Below are positions 17,361 to 36,530 of a stretch of 64,000 bases of DNA, piece by piece. The notes below the pieces were generated by a model. That model worked only from the letters and a program-made list of their open reading frames with translations. It did no database searches and was not told where the DNA came from. The translations under genes were made by a program, and so were the position numbers. Origin of the DNA: the human T2T-CHM13v2.0 reference genome, Homo sapiens; assembly GCF_009914755.1 (NCBI RefSeq), contig NC_060935.1; one strand, written 5' to 3'. The stretch's first letter is position 1; each line of letters starts with the position of its first letter.

Positions 17361-18416
17361 TGTTTTCTTATTAATTTATTTTTTTTGCAAATAAAATTTC
17401 ATAAAACAAAAAATGATAAAAAATTATGAGATTTCTAATACATGTAAAGATAAAATGTGTGATAAAAATGCTCAAAGATTAGGAGAAAAAATAAAAATAT
17501 TTTGTTGAAAAATAATTTTTACATAACATGGTAAAATATTGACATAAGGATTATACTGTGAGAAGTATAATCTATACATCATGAAGAAGCTGTTAAAATT
17601 TAAATACAAAATTATCGCTATTAAGTCAACAAAAGAAATGAAAAGGGAATAAACAAAACTTAGCTATCTAAATAAATAGCAAAATAAAATGTAAAATTGA
17701 CAGGAAAGTGGAATACAAATAATAATATGGTAGATTTAAGCCACTTATATCAATGATTATATTAAATGTAAATAGTCTACACAATCCAATTAAAAGGCAA
17801 TTATTTTCAGATTAGATAAAAATGCAGGACCAACTCTGTACAACCTAAAAGAAATCTGTTGAAATATAAAGACATAAATATGTCAAAAGTAAAAAGGTAG
17901 TACAAGGTATATCACACTGTCATAAATAAAAATGAGTAGAGGCTATATTTATATCAAAGTGTATTTTGGAGTAAAGAATATTACCAGAGAAAAGAACACT
18001 CGTTTTAACATTAAACAAGTTTATTAATTAAGAGGACAAGCAATTCTAAATATTTTTGCATTTAATAATAGAGGTTCAAATGCTGACACGAAATGTGAAT
18101 AAAGTGCTAGACTAGAAACATTCAAAACAGTGATGGCAAAACAATTCTCCTCATGATAAATAGAAGTAGACAGAAACTTTGTAGAATACACAAAACTGAA
18201 AAAACATGATTAACCAACTTTACATAATTGACATTTACAGGGCACTTCACACAGCAGTAGTAAAACATATATTCTTTTCAAGTACCACAAAATATTTGCC
18301 ATCCTTGGCCATAGAACAACTAACATGTAATTTTAAAGGAGTCAGTGCATAGTCAATATGCTTTTTGACCAAAATGAAATATAGTTAGAAATTCATTACA
18401 GAAATACATCTATTAG

Positions 18417-18760
<344 letters not shown>

Positions 18761-19255
18761 TTAGACATTTCTAAATAAAAAATAAAAAGATAGATAGGCA
18801 GTACTGTGAAGTAAATGCAAAGGAATACAAAACAAAATTAAATATGTAGTTATAGATCTATCTTGGGTTCAGATGACTTCACTGAAAAATTTTACCAAAT
18901 ATTTCTGAAAGAAATAATAATTGGACACAACCTCCTTCAAAAAATTAAAGATGAATGGATGTTATTCATTCATTCTCTGAGGCAAGCACTATGTTAACAT
19001 TAAAATAAGACAAAGACAGTACGATAAAAAAATCTACTGACTAGTATCACTCAATAACATAGATGTAAACGTTTTTAACAAAATTTTAGAAAATCAAATC
19101 AATATAACAATATTTAAAAGCAATAACTCATCATGACAAAGTGTGACTTATTCTAGGTATGCAAGGTTAAACATCCGAAAACAAATTAATGTTATATATC
19201 GTATTAGTAGACAAAACAAGAACAAATATTAATTATTTTATGAAAAACAAAATGA

Positions 19256-20281
<1,026 letters not shown>

Positions 20282-20336
20282 ACAATGAGAACACATGGAC
20301 ACAGGAAGGGGAACATCACACTCTGGGGACTGTTGT

Positions 20337-20358
20337 GGGGTGGGGGGAGGGGGGAGGG
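20337..20358 (+). other. L1 3'UTR G-rich tract (potential G-quadruplex)
   Basis: GGGGTGGGGGGAGGGGGGAGGG: four G-runs with 1-nt loops. Confidence 0.75.
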
Positions 20359-21332
20359 ATAGCATTGGGAGATATACCTAATGCTAGATGACGAGTTAGT
20401 GGGTGCAGCGCACCAGCATGGCACATGTATACATATGTAACTAACCTGCACATTGTGCACATGTACCCTAAAACTTAAAGTATAATAATAATAAATTAAA
20501 AAAAATTCTAAAAGCACAACCAAGTAAAATAAATAAAATAAATAAATAAATAAATAAATAAAAAACAAACAAAAACAAACAAACAAAAAAACCTAAAATT
20601 CATCTCTGAGTTAAAAAAAAACCTCTTATCAAACTGGAGGGATAAAACAGTAGAACTATACAGCCTGATAAAGAGAATCTTTTAAAAAGTCTATAATTAA
20701 TGTCATACTTGATAGGTAAAGATAAAATATTTTGCACCTAAGACTATAAAAAAGTAAATATACCCTCACCATATCCAGTCAGCATAGTTGGGGTTGTAGC
20801 CAGTGTAATAAAGCAAGAAAAAAAGGTGTAAAATAAATCTATGTTGAAAAATAAGAAAGATTTCTATCAAGATGGGATTATAACCTGTGAAGAAATTTTA
20901 TACAATTTACCGAATAGCTCCTAAACATAATAAATGAATTTAGGGAGGCTGCAGAATACACAAAAATAAAAGAAATAATAAGTTACTGACATTAACAAAT
21001 ACACGACAATTACATTAGCATCTAAATTCAAGAATATTTTAAAGAAAATCTGACAAAACACTTCCAAAACACAGAAGACCACAAAACATTGCTTAGTGAA
21101 ATTAAAGAAGACATAAATAACTATATACACATATTTATTATTAAATAACCAGTTAATTTAATATCATTACAGCATCAGTCCCCCCAGACAAATTTTCTAC
21201 AGATTCAATGCAATTCCAATCAAAATCTCAGTAGTATATTTTGTAGAAATTAATAAGGTGATTATAAAAATGATATGGCCTTTCAAAAGACATAGAATAT
21301 CCAAAACAACCTTGAAAAAAAATTGAAGTATT

Positions 21333-21556
21333 TACATTACCTAGTTTTAAGGCTTATGATAAGCTGCAATAATCAATACAATATTTCATTAAATATTTCA
21401 ATTAAATAGTAATTGAATTAAATAAATAATTATTTAATTAAATATTTCATTAAAGATTTCATAATCTTGATTATTGCAGCTTATCATAAGCCTTAAAATC
21501 AGGTAATGTAGTAATATCTTGATTATTGTAACATTATAAGCCTTAAAACCAGGTAA
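21333..21556. repeat. 44-bp inverted repeat plus a third degenerate copy
   Basis: 21333-21376 vs 21467-21510 are reverse complements with 2 mismatches; extra copy at 21519-21556. Confidence 0.9.
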
Positions 21557-22802
21557 AATCGACTCGCGTCACTTTTAAGGACGCATACACTGAAAATGAT
21601 GGAATAAAAAAAGATATTTCAAATAAATTGAAACCAAAAGAGAGGAAAGCTGGCTACATTTATGTCAGACAAAATATCCTTTAAGTCAAAAACTGTAAAA
21701 AGAGACAATTAGGGCATTTTATAATGATAAAGGGGTCAATTTATTAAGAGGCTTTAACAATTATAAATATACATATACCCAATAATAGAGATTCTAAATA
21801 TATTTTTAAAATTTAAGGACTCTGAAGGGCGAGAAAGATTGCAACACAATAATAGTGGGGAATTTAATACCCCATTTTCAACAATGAACATATCATTCAA
21901 ACAGAAAATTAAGAAAACTGTGGACTTGAACTACACTTTAAATGGAACTAACAGACATATGAAGAACTTTCCATCCACAAACAACAGAATATCTGTTTTT
22001 CTCAAGTACACATGAAACCTTCTTTGGGCTAGATCATATGTTAGGCCACAAAACAAATCTGATTAAATTTAAGAGAATTCAAATTATATCAACTATATTT
22101 TCTGACCACAATGATACAAAACTAGAAATCAGTAATAACAACAACAAAAAACTTTTAAAAAATCACAAATATGTGGAAATTAAGCCACATGCTTCTGTAC
22201 AATGATGGGTCAAAAAAATGAAAAGGAAAATTTTTAAAAATATCTTAAGACAAATGGAAATACAGTATACCAAAACTTATGGGATGCAGCAAAAGCAATT
22301 CCAAGAGGGTCATATATAGCAACCAATGCTTATTAAAAAAAAGTTCAAATAAACAACCTAATGTTAGATCTCAAGGAACTAGAAAAACAAGGAACAAACT
22401 AAAGCTAAAGTTAGCAAATTGAAGAAAATAATAAAGATCAGAGTAGAAACAAATGAAATAGAGACAAGAAAGACAAATTAAAAATCAATGAAATAAAAGT
22501 TTTTTGAAAAGATGAACAAAAATCAACAAGTTAGCTAAACTGAGAAAAAAGAAAGAAGTCTTAAATAAATAAAATAAGAAAAAAGAGGAGAAATGACAAA
22601 TGATACGATAGAAACAGAAAAAGATTACTACGAAAAATTACATGCCAACAAGTTGTATAACCTAGATGAAATGAATAAATTCCTAGACACCAAAAACCTA
22701 CCCAAACTAAATCATGAAAAAATAGAAAATCCAATCAGGCCAATAATGAGTCAAGACATTGAATCAGTGATGATAATTTATTCTATCAAATAAATTCTCA
22801 GT

Positions 22803-23100
<298 letters not shown>

Positions 23101-24128
23101 TATTCCCAGGGCCTGATGGTTTCACTGCTGAATTCTATCAAACATTTAAAGAGGAAATAATACAAATTCTTCTCAAACTCTTTCAAAACATTGAAGAAGA
23201 GGAAATACTTCCAAACTCTTTTTTGAAGTCAGTATTATCCTGGCACCAATGCCAGAAAAAAAGACATTAAAAGAAAAGAAAATTGGAGGCCAACACCCTT
23301 GAGGAACATAGACGTAACAATCCTCAACAAAATAAAAGTGAACCAAATTTAACAATACATTACAAGGATAGTCAAAACGATCAAGCAAGATTTATCCCTG
23401 AGATGTAAGAATGGTTCAAGATATTCAAATGAGTAAACGTAATAGGTTATATTAACAGAATAAATAACAAAAAACACGTGATCATGTCATTAAACACAGA
23501 AAAAGTATTGTCAATATTCAACATCTTTTCATGATGTAAACTCTCTCAAAATTAGGTAATCATGTAATGTGTCTCAACACAATAAAGACCATATATGAGA
23601 AGCTCACAGCTAACATTATACTCCATGGGGCAAAATTGAAAACCTTTCCTCCAATATCTGGAACAAGGCAAGGATGTCTACTCTCATCAATTCTATTCAA
23701 CATAGTACTGGAAGTTCTTGCCAGAGTACTTAGACAAGAGAAAGAAAGAAAAGACATCTAAGTAGGAAAGGAAGAATAACGTTTTCACTATTTCTTGATG
23801 ACATGATTTTACACATGAAAAATCCTACAGATGTCACCAAAAAACTGAACTACTAAATGAATAAAGTTGCAAGATATAAAATCAATACATAAAAATCAGT
23901 AATGTTCTATACACAAACAATTTGGGGAAAAAGCTAAGAGAACAATCCCATTTACAATAGCTCAAAATAAATGAAATGCCTAAGAATAAATTTAATCGAG
24001 GTAAAAGATCTGTACACTGGAAACTATAAGACATTGATAAAAAATATTGGAGAAGATATATATTAATGAACAGCTGCCCCATGTTCATGGATTAGAAAAT
24101 ATAATATTGTTAAAATGATTATACTACC

Positions 24129-25140
24129 TGCTATAGGTTGATTTGTTTGATGCGTCAAACCTTATGTTGAAATTTGATGCCCAATGTTGGAGGTGGGGCC
24201 TAATGGGAAATGTTTGGGTCATGGGGAGAGATCTATCATGACTGGGCTAGTTCCATATTTGTGGTAATAAGTGAATCCTCATTCTATTCATTCCCACAAG
24301 AGCTGGCTGTTAGAAAAGAAACTGACAAATCCTCTCTCTCTTTCTCATTTCTTCTCTCAACCTGTGATCTCTGCACATACTGGCTGCCCTTCCCCTCCAT
24401 TTCTGCCATGAGTGGAAGCAACTTGAGGACCACACCAGATATAGATACTGACACCATATTTCTTGTATAGCCTGCAGAACCATGAGCCACCTAAGCCTAT
24501 TTTCTTTTTAAATTGATCCATTATATCAACATAAATGGACTAAGACAGACAATTGATACTGAGGAGGAAGTTGTGGCTATAAAGTTACCTGAAAATGTGG
24601 AAGTAGCTTTGGAACTGGTAATAGGCAAAATTTAGAATAATTTTTCAGGCTTAGAAGAAGACAGGAAGATGGGGGAAAGTTTGAAACTTGCTAAAGACTA
24701 CTTAAGTGGTTGTTACCAAAATGCTGATAGAAATCTACACTGTAAAGGGCATGCTGAGGAGATCTCAGATGAAATGAGCAACTTATTGGGAAACAGTGAA
24801 AAAGTCACCCTTATTACACTGTAGCAAAGAAATTCACTACATTGTTTTCATGCCCTGGGAATTTGTGGAAAGCTAAATTTAGCAGTGATGACATAAGGTA
24901 TCTGTCAGAAAAATATTTCTAAGGAACAAAGTGTTCAAGAAGTTGCATAGCTGCTTTTAACTGCTCATGGTCAGATATGGGAGCAAAGGAATGATCTGAA
25001 ATTGAAATTTATAATTAAAAGGGAAGCAGAGCATAAAAATTCGCAAAATTCCAGCCTGGCCATGTGGTAGAAAAGAACAGAGGGTTTTCAGGAGGAATCC
25101 AAAGGTGCTGCGGAGAAACCACTTGCTAGGGAGATTTTTC
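24129..25140 (+). mobile_element. MSTB1/C-type LTR (24129-24547) plus partial internal region (24548-25140)
   Basis: TGCTAT..CCCAATGTTGGAGGTGGGGCCTAATGGG..ATGGACTAAGACA, then internal GCTATAAAG.TACCTGAAAATGTGGAAG (homologous to the reverse complement of 8140-8690). Confidence 0.85.
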
Positions 25141-25454
25141 AGAATGGCTGTTATCAAAATCGTGAAAGATAACAAGTGTTGGTGAGGGTGATAACCCTCG
25201 TATACTGTAGGTGGGAATGTAAATTAGTATAGCTATTCAGGAAAATAGTATGGAGGTTCACCAAAGAAATGAACAAATAAAATTACCATATGATCCAGTA
25301 ATTCCACTTTTGGGTATATATTGAAAGGATTTGAAATCAGTATGGTGAAGAGAAATCTACACACTAATGTTTCTTGCCGTATTATCCAAAATAGCTAAGT
25401 TATGGAATCAACCTAAGTGTCCATCAACAGATAAATGGATAAAGAAAATGTGGT

Positions 25455-25762
25455 GGCTGGGCATGTTGGCTCATGCCTGTAATTCCCGCACTTTGAGAGG
25501 CCAAGGTGGGCAGATAGCTTGAGCTCAGGAGTTCAAGACCAGCCTGGCAACATAGTGAAACCCCATCTCTACAAAAAAATTTTAAAAATAAAAAACTTTG
25601 TCAGTTGTGGTGGTTTGTGCCTATAGTCCCCGCTAAATGGGAGGCTAAGGTGGGAGGATTGCTTTAGTTTAGGAGGTGGAGGTTGCAGTGAGCCGAGACT
25701 GTGACACTCAACTCCACCCTTGGTGACAGAGTGAAACCCTGTCTCAAAAAAAAAAAAAAAAA
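25455..25762 (+). mobile_element. AluJ with TSD
   Basis: GCTTGAGCTCAGGAGTTCAAG, GGTGGGAGGATTGCTT; TSD AAAATGTGGT. Confidence 0.9.
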
Positions 25763-26169
25763 TGTGGTACGTATACACAACAAAATACGATACAGACTTA
25801 AAGAGGAAGTTATGTAATTTGCCACAACATAGAATAACCCAAATAAGCCAGGCGCAGAGACAAATACCATATGTTCTCACTTACATATGGAATCTAAAAC
25901 AATCAAATTCATAGAAGCAAAGAACAGAATGGTGATTATCAGAGGCTGGGGAGTGGGGTAATGGGAAGACAATAGTTAAAGGATACAATGTTTTAGATAG
26001 GAGAAATAAATGACAAGTGTTTAAGGTGCCATATATGTTAATCAACTTCAATTATTTGAAATTGTATACATATATCAGAGCATCACTTTGTACCCCATGA
26101 ATTTTTACAAGCATAATTTATCAATAGTCAATAGAAAATAATTAATTAAATATCAGTGTAAAAATAAAA

Positions 26170-27340
26170 CATTTAGATAAAAATTCAGTGAATCTGCTTT
26201 TGGAAAATATTTTTTAATACAAAACAAAAACACAAACTATCAAATAAAGAACAATAAGTTAGACTTTTTCACAATTTAATCTCTTGATCTCCAAAAGTCA
26301 CTTTGTAAATAAACTAAAAGTAATTATTTGTAAAATATATATCCAACAGATGATCTGTAGCTAGAATATATCAATAACTCATAGCCCAATGATAAGCAAT
26401 CAACTATTTTTAAAGGGTAATTATTTAAAAAGATATTTTACCAAAATAATGTGCAGATGATGAGTAAAGCCATGAAACAGTAATTAACATCATTTTTCAT
26501 AGGCAAATGCTAATTAAAATTGCAATGAGATATCACTACGTACCAATTAGAATGGCTACAATTAAAAATACTTACCCTGTCATGTCTGTTGAAGTTATGC
26601 CACAAATGACTCTCATACCCTGTTGAGAGAAATGTACAAAGAAAATAAATTTGGAAACACTTTAGGAATTTATTAAAAAGACAAAAATAAAGTACCATTT
26701 GACCCAGTTAGTTATTCAATTACTAAGTTTCTACACAAGATAAATGCAAGTATATATTCACATAAAGATTTGTACACAAATGTTCATAGCAGCATTTTTT
26801 AAAATAATATTTCCAAACTGGAAACAAGTCAAATATCAATCAACAGGTGGATGAATAAACAAGTCATGGTATACCCATATATTGGAATACTACTCAGCAA
26901 CAAAAATGAAAAACAATGTATTGATACACAAAACAATATGGGTGAATCTCAAAATAATATGCTGAGTGAAAAAAGCCAGATGAAAACAAAGTACTGCCTT
27001 CCTGATTAAATTTGTGCATAAAATTATAGGGAATAAATCTGTATGGAAATTCTAGAAACTACAGTGGCAGAATGCACATTAATAACATTGTATATGACAG
27101 AGAGAAAGAAGGAAATTCAACAGGGCACAAGAAAATTTGAGGGGATGTCATGTAAATTTTCTTGATTTTGGTTTTACTTTCATGGATATATACATGTGTC
27201 AAAATTCAACAAAAAAATATATATATACACACACATACACTTACACACATATACATACATACATATGTCAAAACTCAACAAATTATACACACACACACAC
27301 ACATACTTACACACATATATGCATCTGCCAATAAATTGTA
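26170..27340 (+). mobile_element. L1M (MC/MD) ORF2 end and 3'UTR (continuation of 17380-21390)
   Basis: CAAATGTTCATAGCAGC..CCAAACTGGAAACAA..GAATCTCAAAATAAT.GCTGAGTGAAAAAAGCCAGA. Confidence 0.75.
27188..27325 (+). repeat. Two-copy ~70-bp tandem unit containing (TA)/(CA) microsatellite
   Basis: TGTCAAAA(T/C)TCAACAAA...(CA)n..ACTTACACACATAT occurs twice. Confidence 0.75.
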
Positions 27341-27344
27341 AGTG

Positions 27345-30400
<3,056 letters not shown>

Positions 30401-31064
30401 AGAATCTGTATTTACTACATATACCTTTATTAACATGCTAACATAGAAAATCATTCCTTGACACAATGGCCCAAGAATGAAACTCAAAAAATGGGAATGA
30501 AAACACCCTTATTTTCAACATACCGAAATTTGTATGTTTTTTAACAATAAATTTTGAATGTATGTTTCCTTGGGCAATATCTTTAAACCTAAGAAATTTA
30601 ATTTCATCTGATTACACTTTAAGGAGGAAGATATCCAGTTTTTGTGTTTTATCTTTTAGTTGTAAAACTTTTATAGTCTTAACATAGGAGGAGAGAAAGA
30701 AAAGAGGAGAGTAGATGAGTGAATGAAGGCAGGAAAGAAAGAAGAAAAAAGGAGAAATAAATAAAGGGAGAGAGAGAGGGTGAGAAAAAATTGTTAAGTA
30801 GTAGAGTTCCTCTTAGGTAAAAAGAATAGTTTGTATTTAAGAATCCACTCTACTGGTTATATTTATTAATTCAGATAAGGCCCTTTGTGAATAGTTTTTG
30901 TACAATGTGACCAGAAATTATTTAATTAAATTAAAAGAAATTGAATAATTTTATGATGAACTAGAAGGAAACACAGAAAATTGAGGCATTATAAAGAACT
31001 ATGAGAAACTAAGAAGGAATTTTAAAGCTGGGGCAATTTTACTTTCTATTTAATTTGCTTATTT

Positions 31065-31680
<616 letters not shown>

Positions 31681-33049
31681 CCTTGCTGGTTGTGTTGACA
31701 CACAACTTGCATGAGGTCTTCAGTAAAGTTTCATATACCCACAGATGTCCTGTTCAACTAGTATTTGGAGAAAATCAAGGGAAAAGAGAAGAATACCATG
31801 CCTCACTGGTGCATGGCTGAGAGAAGGGAAAAAAATGGAATTCAGATAGGCAGGTCATTGAGAAGAGAAGTGAGAAGCTAATATAAACATGTGGAAAATT
31901 TGCAAAAATCTATGGAAGATCACTACTTTCACAGGATGAGGGGTAAGGAAGTTCAAACCAATTTTCTTTAAATATCAAAGGACTGAGTGACCTTTGATAC
32001 TTTAGTTGCAATATAACTAGAAGGTAGAATAAAGAGTAGAAGCAAATGACCTCTAAGGCCTCAACTAACTTCGAAATGCTTTGATTCTAAGAGAAGCATA
32101 TGACTGTTTAGCAATATATCAAAGACTTGCCAGTGTGACTGTGGTTTGGGCCAATTATTGCATTTATTTATGGTTTGGGAACTTCATTTAGGGCTTGAGG
32201 TACAAGACTGAAATAACTCAAGTTCAAAGAAATAACAATGACATTGACATTTCACACGATCAGCAAGTCTTTCAGGGAATTACAGAATGGCAACATTTAG
32301 AAGTAAGGGATTAGTAGAGAAAACTGTCCCCAAAGCCTCATTACAGAGTAAATCAAACCTGACCTGCTGGCCCAATGTTGCTGTCACATCAGGAGAGAGA
32401 CCAAACCACTAAAAATGGCAAATGCAGCAAATCCCTTATTGCTTCTTTAGGGTAAAATAGAAAGAGAGATAAATAAGAAGCCTAAACCAAGCCATTCTGC
32501 AAGTTCTTAAAACTGGGAGGCCCTAGATACTGCCAGTTTTTCGATCGGATTACCCAAGATAGTTTGTAGTTAATTATCAAATGCAAAAATCAATGTCTGC
32601 TTATTAACTCTGAACAAAGAAGTTTTAAGTGTTTGTCATAAAACTCAGAGTCTAGTTATCTTAATCAAAAGTCCAATGATATGCAAAAGGAGTCACTCAT
32701 GCTTAGTTCTTTACATGCTGACATTTTGAGACAGCAGAGAGAGGCACTATATTTACCATGATGCTAATATGAATAACAGAGGGACTTCTGAGTCGCAACA
32801 CATTGACGTATCCATAGTGCCCTTATGAACATCATTCTATGATTACAGAGGACTGACTTGGTTGGGCAAGATCATACATAAAATATGAAAAGGAAAATGT
32901 ATATTTGTCATTAGAATCACTACTTGAACTCCAGGGAAGTGCCAATGGTTAAAAACCAGAAGGTATCATACCCTATGACAGACATATTTTATTGTGAAGA
33001 AGGTAAACACCTTGCTTATAATTTCTGTTTTTGCATTGCAAACTATAGA

Positions 33050-33225
33050 TTATACAGTAGGATGAAATGCATAAAGCTGAGGTTTAGGAAATTCAGGCTC
33101 CATTTCTAGTTAGGCCACTAACTAGCTGGGTGACATTCAGCAAGTCACTTCATCTCTTTGGCTTACACTTTCCACACCTGTAAAAAGAAAGAGGTAAATT
33201 TTGTGACCTCCCTTCCAGATGACAA
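33050..33225 (+). mobile_element. MIR
   Basis: GCCACTAACTAGCTGGGTGAC..GCAAGTCACTT..CTGTAAAA. Confidence 0.7.
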
Positions 33226-33879
33226 GGTTTAATGTTAATTTGCTACTTTTTCTTCATCTCTACATTTATAATATAGAATTCCATTTTGAATAATCAGAGG
33301 AGATACTTTCCTGGGTCTAAAGACCTAAGGCATATCTAATCATTCATTTACGTCTCACAGAAACATGTATATCTCTCTTTTTCCAACTTTAAATGCCCCA
33401 CTGTACTCATTGAACTTGAAGGAGTGTTCCCACTGAGCTCTGTGTGAAAAGAAATTGCCATCACATGAATATCTACCCGTCCACATTAAACTAGACATGA
33501 AAATATTCCAACCACTCCACTCATCCTATTAATATTCCAGCCTGATGGATATGGAAGAATCACTGACTCATGATCTCTTTCCCAGCTGGTCTCTGCAGAA
33601 AGAACTGGAACAATGTGTACATACATTTCACTTATTAATTGCATAACTGGATATTTCAAGATTACTCTGACCCTCTGCAGAGCAAGATAAACACTGTAAT
33701 AAAAGATTTCCATATGGAGAGGTTACTCTAATTTTTCAAGATCCAAGGATTTATAAGTTAGTCTTTTAAATTGCAAGGGACAGAATACCACTTTCTAGTT
33801 GCCTCAGAAATGAGAGTAAGGATGCAAGAACATTTTAGCTCTTATATATGAAAAATTATATGAGTTTCATTTAACTTTG

Positions 33880-34480
<601 letters not shown>

Positions 34481-34489
34481 GAATTCTGC

Positions 34490-34920
34490 AGGGCTTGGCT
34501 GACATAAGCTAAGGTCTAGAGTTCAAACTATGTTACAAAGACCTACTCTCTATTGCTCAGGTTTACGCTCTTTCATCGTGGCTCAGGTGGAAGCAAGATA
34601 GTTACTAGTAACTCAAGACATACACCCTTCCATGTTGGTGTCTAGAAAAAGAACATTTTTTTCCAGAAATTTAAACAGGAATATTGAAGGAGCACTCATT
34701 AGGCCAACTGGGGGCATATGGCCATGTCTCAACCAATGTTGTGGCCAGGGCAATGAGAAGCAACTGGTCAAACAAAAATCCTTTCCATACCCCCAGAAAT
34801 ATGGGGTGGAGTCAACAGCAGCCAAAGTCCTTGGACTGAGAGCAGGAGAGATGGATTCCAAGAGTACTCTCTCTGTGTCACTTAGGAAAAAAAAAGGAAA
34901 GTAGATAAAGTGGCCACAAA
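34490..34920 (-). mobile_element. MLT1J/K-like LTR
   Basis: CTCATTAGGCC..CATATGGCCA..AACCAAT..TGTGGCCAGGG motif. Confidence 0.45.
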
Positions 34921-35149
34921 TTATTAATTCATTTAGTTGGTACCATGAAGGCTGAGCTTGAAAAAAAAAATGTGTTGTCCTTTATTTGAGCTCACCCTAC
35001 TTCTTCTTTAGGTCCCAGATCTACCTTTAGTTTACTTTCTATCTCTTGGGTCCCCATATAATTAGGATGCCATAATCGGGTCACTGCTTCCACCGATGAA
35101 ATATTTTCATAATCCTTTTTCATATGATGTTAGGAAAACTCCGTCAATT

Positions 35150-35660
35150 TTCACTTAAAATTTTTCTGTATTTAATGTTTATTAAAATTAACATACTCTC
35201 AGGATAAAGTCCAAGGATCTTGCCATGATGCAGAAGACTATACTGAATCCAATTCCCTTCCTATTCTATGATCTCATTTTGCACCAAGATATCCTCATTG
35301 CTCTCTCTGTTAAAACTTCATTGAAGTATTTTAATTTCTGTAACACACTAAGCTTGCTTCTTCCTCAGGGATTTTGCATTTGCTGCTACCTCCCCTTGGA
35401 AGGCTCCTTCCCACATGTTCACAGGCTGATTCGTTCTGATCATTTGGGTCCCAGCTCAAACGTTAACTCCTAACTGAGACTGTCTTACGCCCTCTCACTT
35501 TTTCTTAATCCATTTTTCTATTTTATGGCACTGCCATAAAATTTATCTTTGTTCAAAATTACCTTATTAATTTGTTACTTTTCTCTCTCTTGCCAGATTG
35601 TCTACTCCTCCTGTCTGACACATGGGAGGCGCTTAGTAAACATTAATTGAATGAATAACC
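35150..35660 (+). mobile_element. L2a 3' part
   Basis: CTCAGGATAAAGTCCAA..CCTCAGGG..TTTGCA.TTGCTG..CAGCTCAAA..TGAATGAATAA. Confidence 0.75.
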
Positions 35661-36289
35661 ATGGTAACAAAGCAATGCAAAGAAATCATATCTTTTTACT
35701 CAAAAGGAATGGCACAATTTTAGATACTAGAGGAAAGGAGGTTGGGGGAAGGTCCCTTGACATCCAAGACATCTACGTTTTATTAGATATATTATTGAAA
35801 TATATAAGAAAATAAAGTTTTAGAAATACAATGATAAAAATATATTTAATGGTGCTTAAAATAGGTTTGGCAAGTATTTTTATTTCTTTCCCAATTAGGT
35901 AAAGAAATTGGATAGTGGGAGTAGAGACCATATTGATAGGGTAGAAACATAATTGTCAGTTGCCAACATTGGCAAATACTGTTGTTCCTAATAGACACAC
36001 ACTGTCTAGTGAATTGGAAATTGATTCAGAAATGGGCTGCAAGATGTCTATTGCAGACCACCTGTCTTCAGATTTTCATATTTTTAGTGCCAACCACTCC
36101 TTCCCCACATGCAACACTGAGAAATAGTGAAGATTTAACAGAGATTGATAATTATTATGAAATGCAGGTATACATGAGAACAGAAGGCTGAAATAAATAT
36201 GGTGTTTTTGTAAATGCTGTGTTGCAATACGAACAATATGTAGTAATGCATAATTGAAAGTCTTGGATAAGTATAGCAGCACTCGCTTG

Positions 36290-36530
36290 ATTAGGTTAAG
36301 ATTAGCTCGGCTGAAATTCTATCTCCTCCACTTTCTGCTTGACATTGGAAAAATCTCTTTGCTCTTCTGAGCCTCACTTTTCTCATCATAAAAATAGTAG
36401 TAAGATATAAAATGCCTAAAATATTATACATGTATTATTGTGAGGGACCAATGTTATAGCCCATGTAAAAAATTTAGCATACTGTCTCATACAGACAGTA
36501 AGCTCTCAATAAATGTTGGCTGTTATTAAT
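36290..36530 (+). mobile_element. MIR
   Basis: TCTGAGCCTCACTTTTCTCATCATAAAAAT..TTGTGAGG..GTAAGCTCTCAATAAATGTTGGCTGTTATT. Confidence 0.75.
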
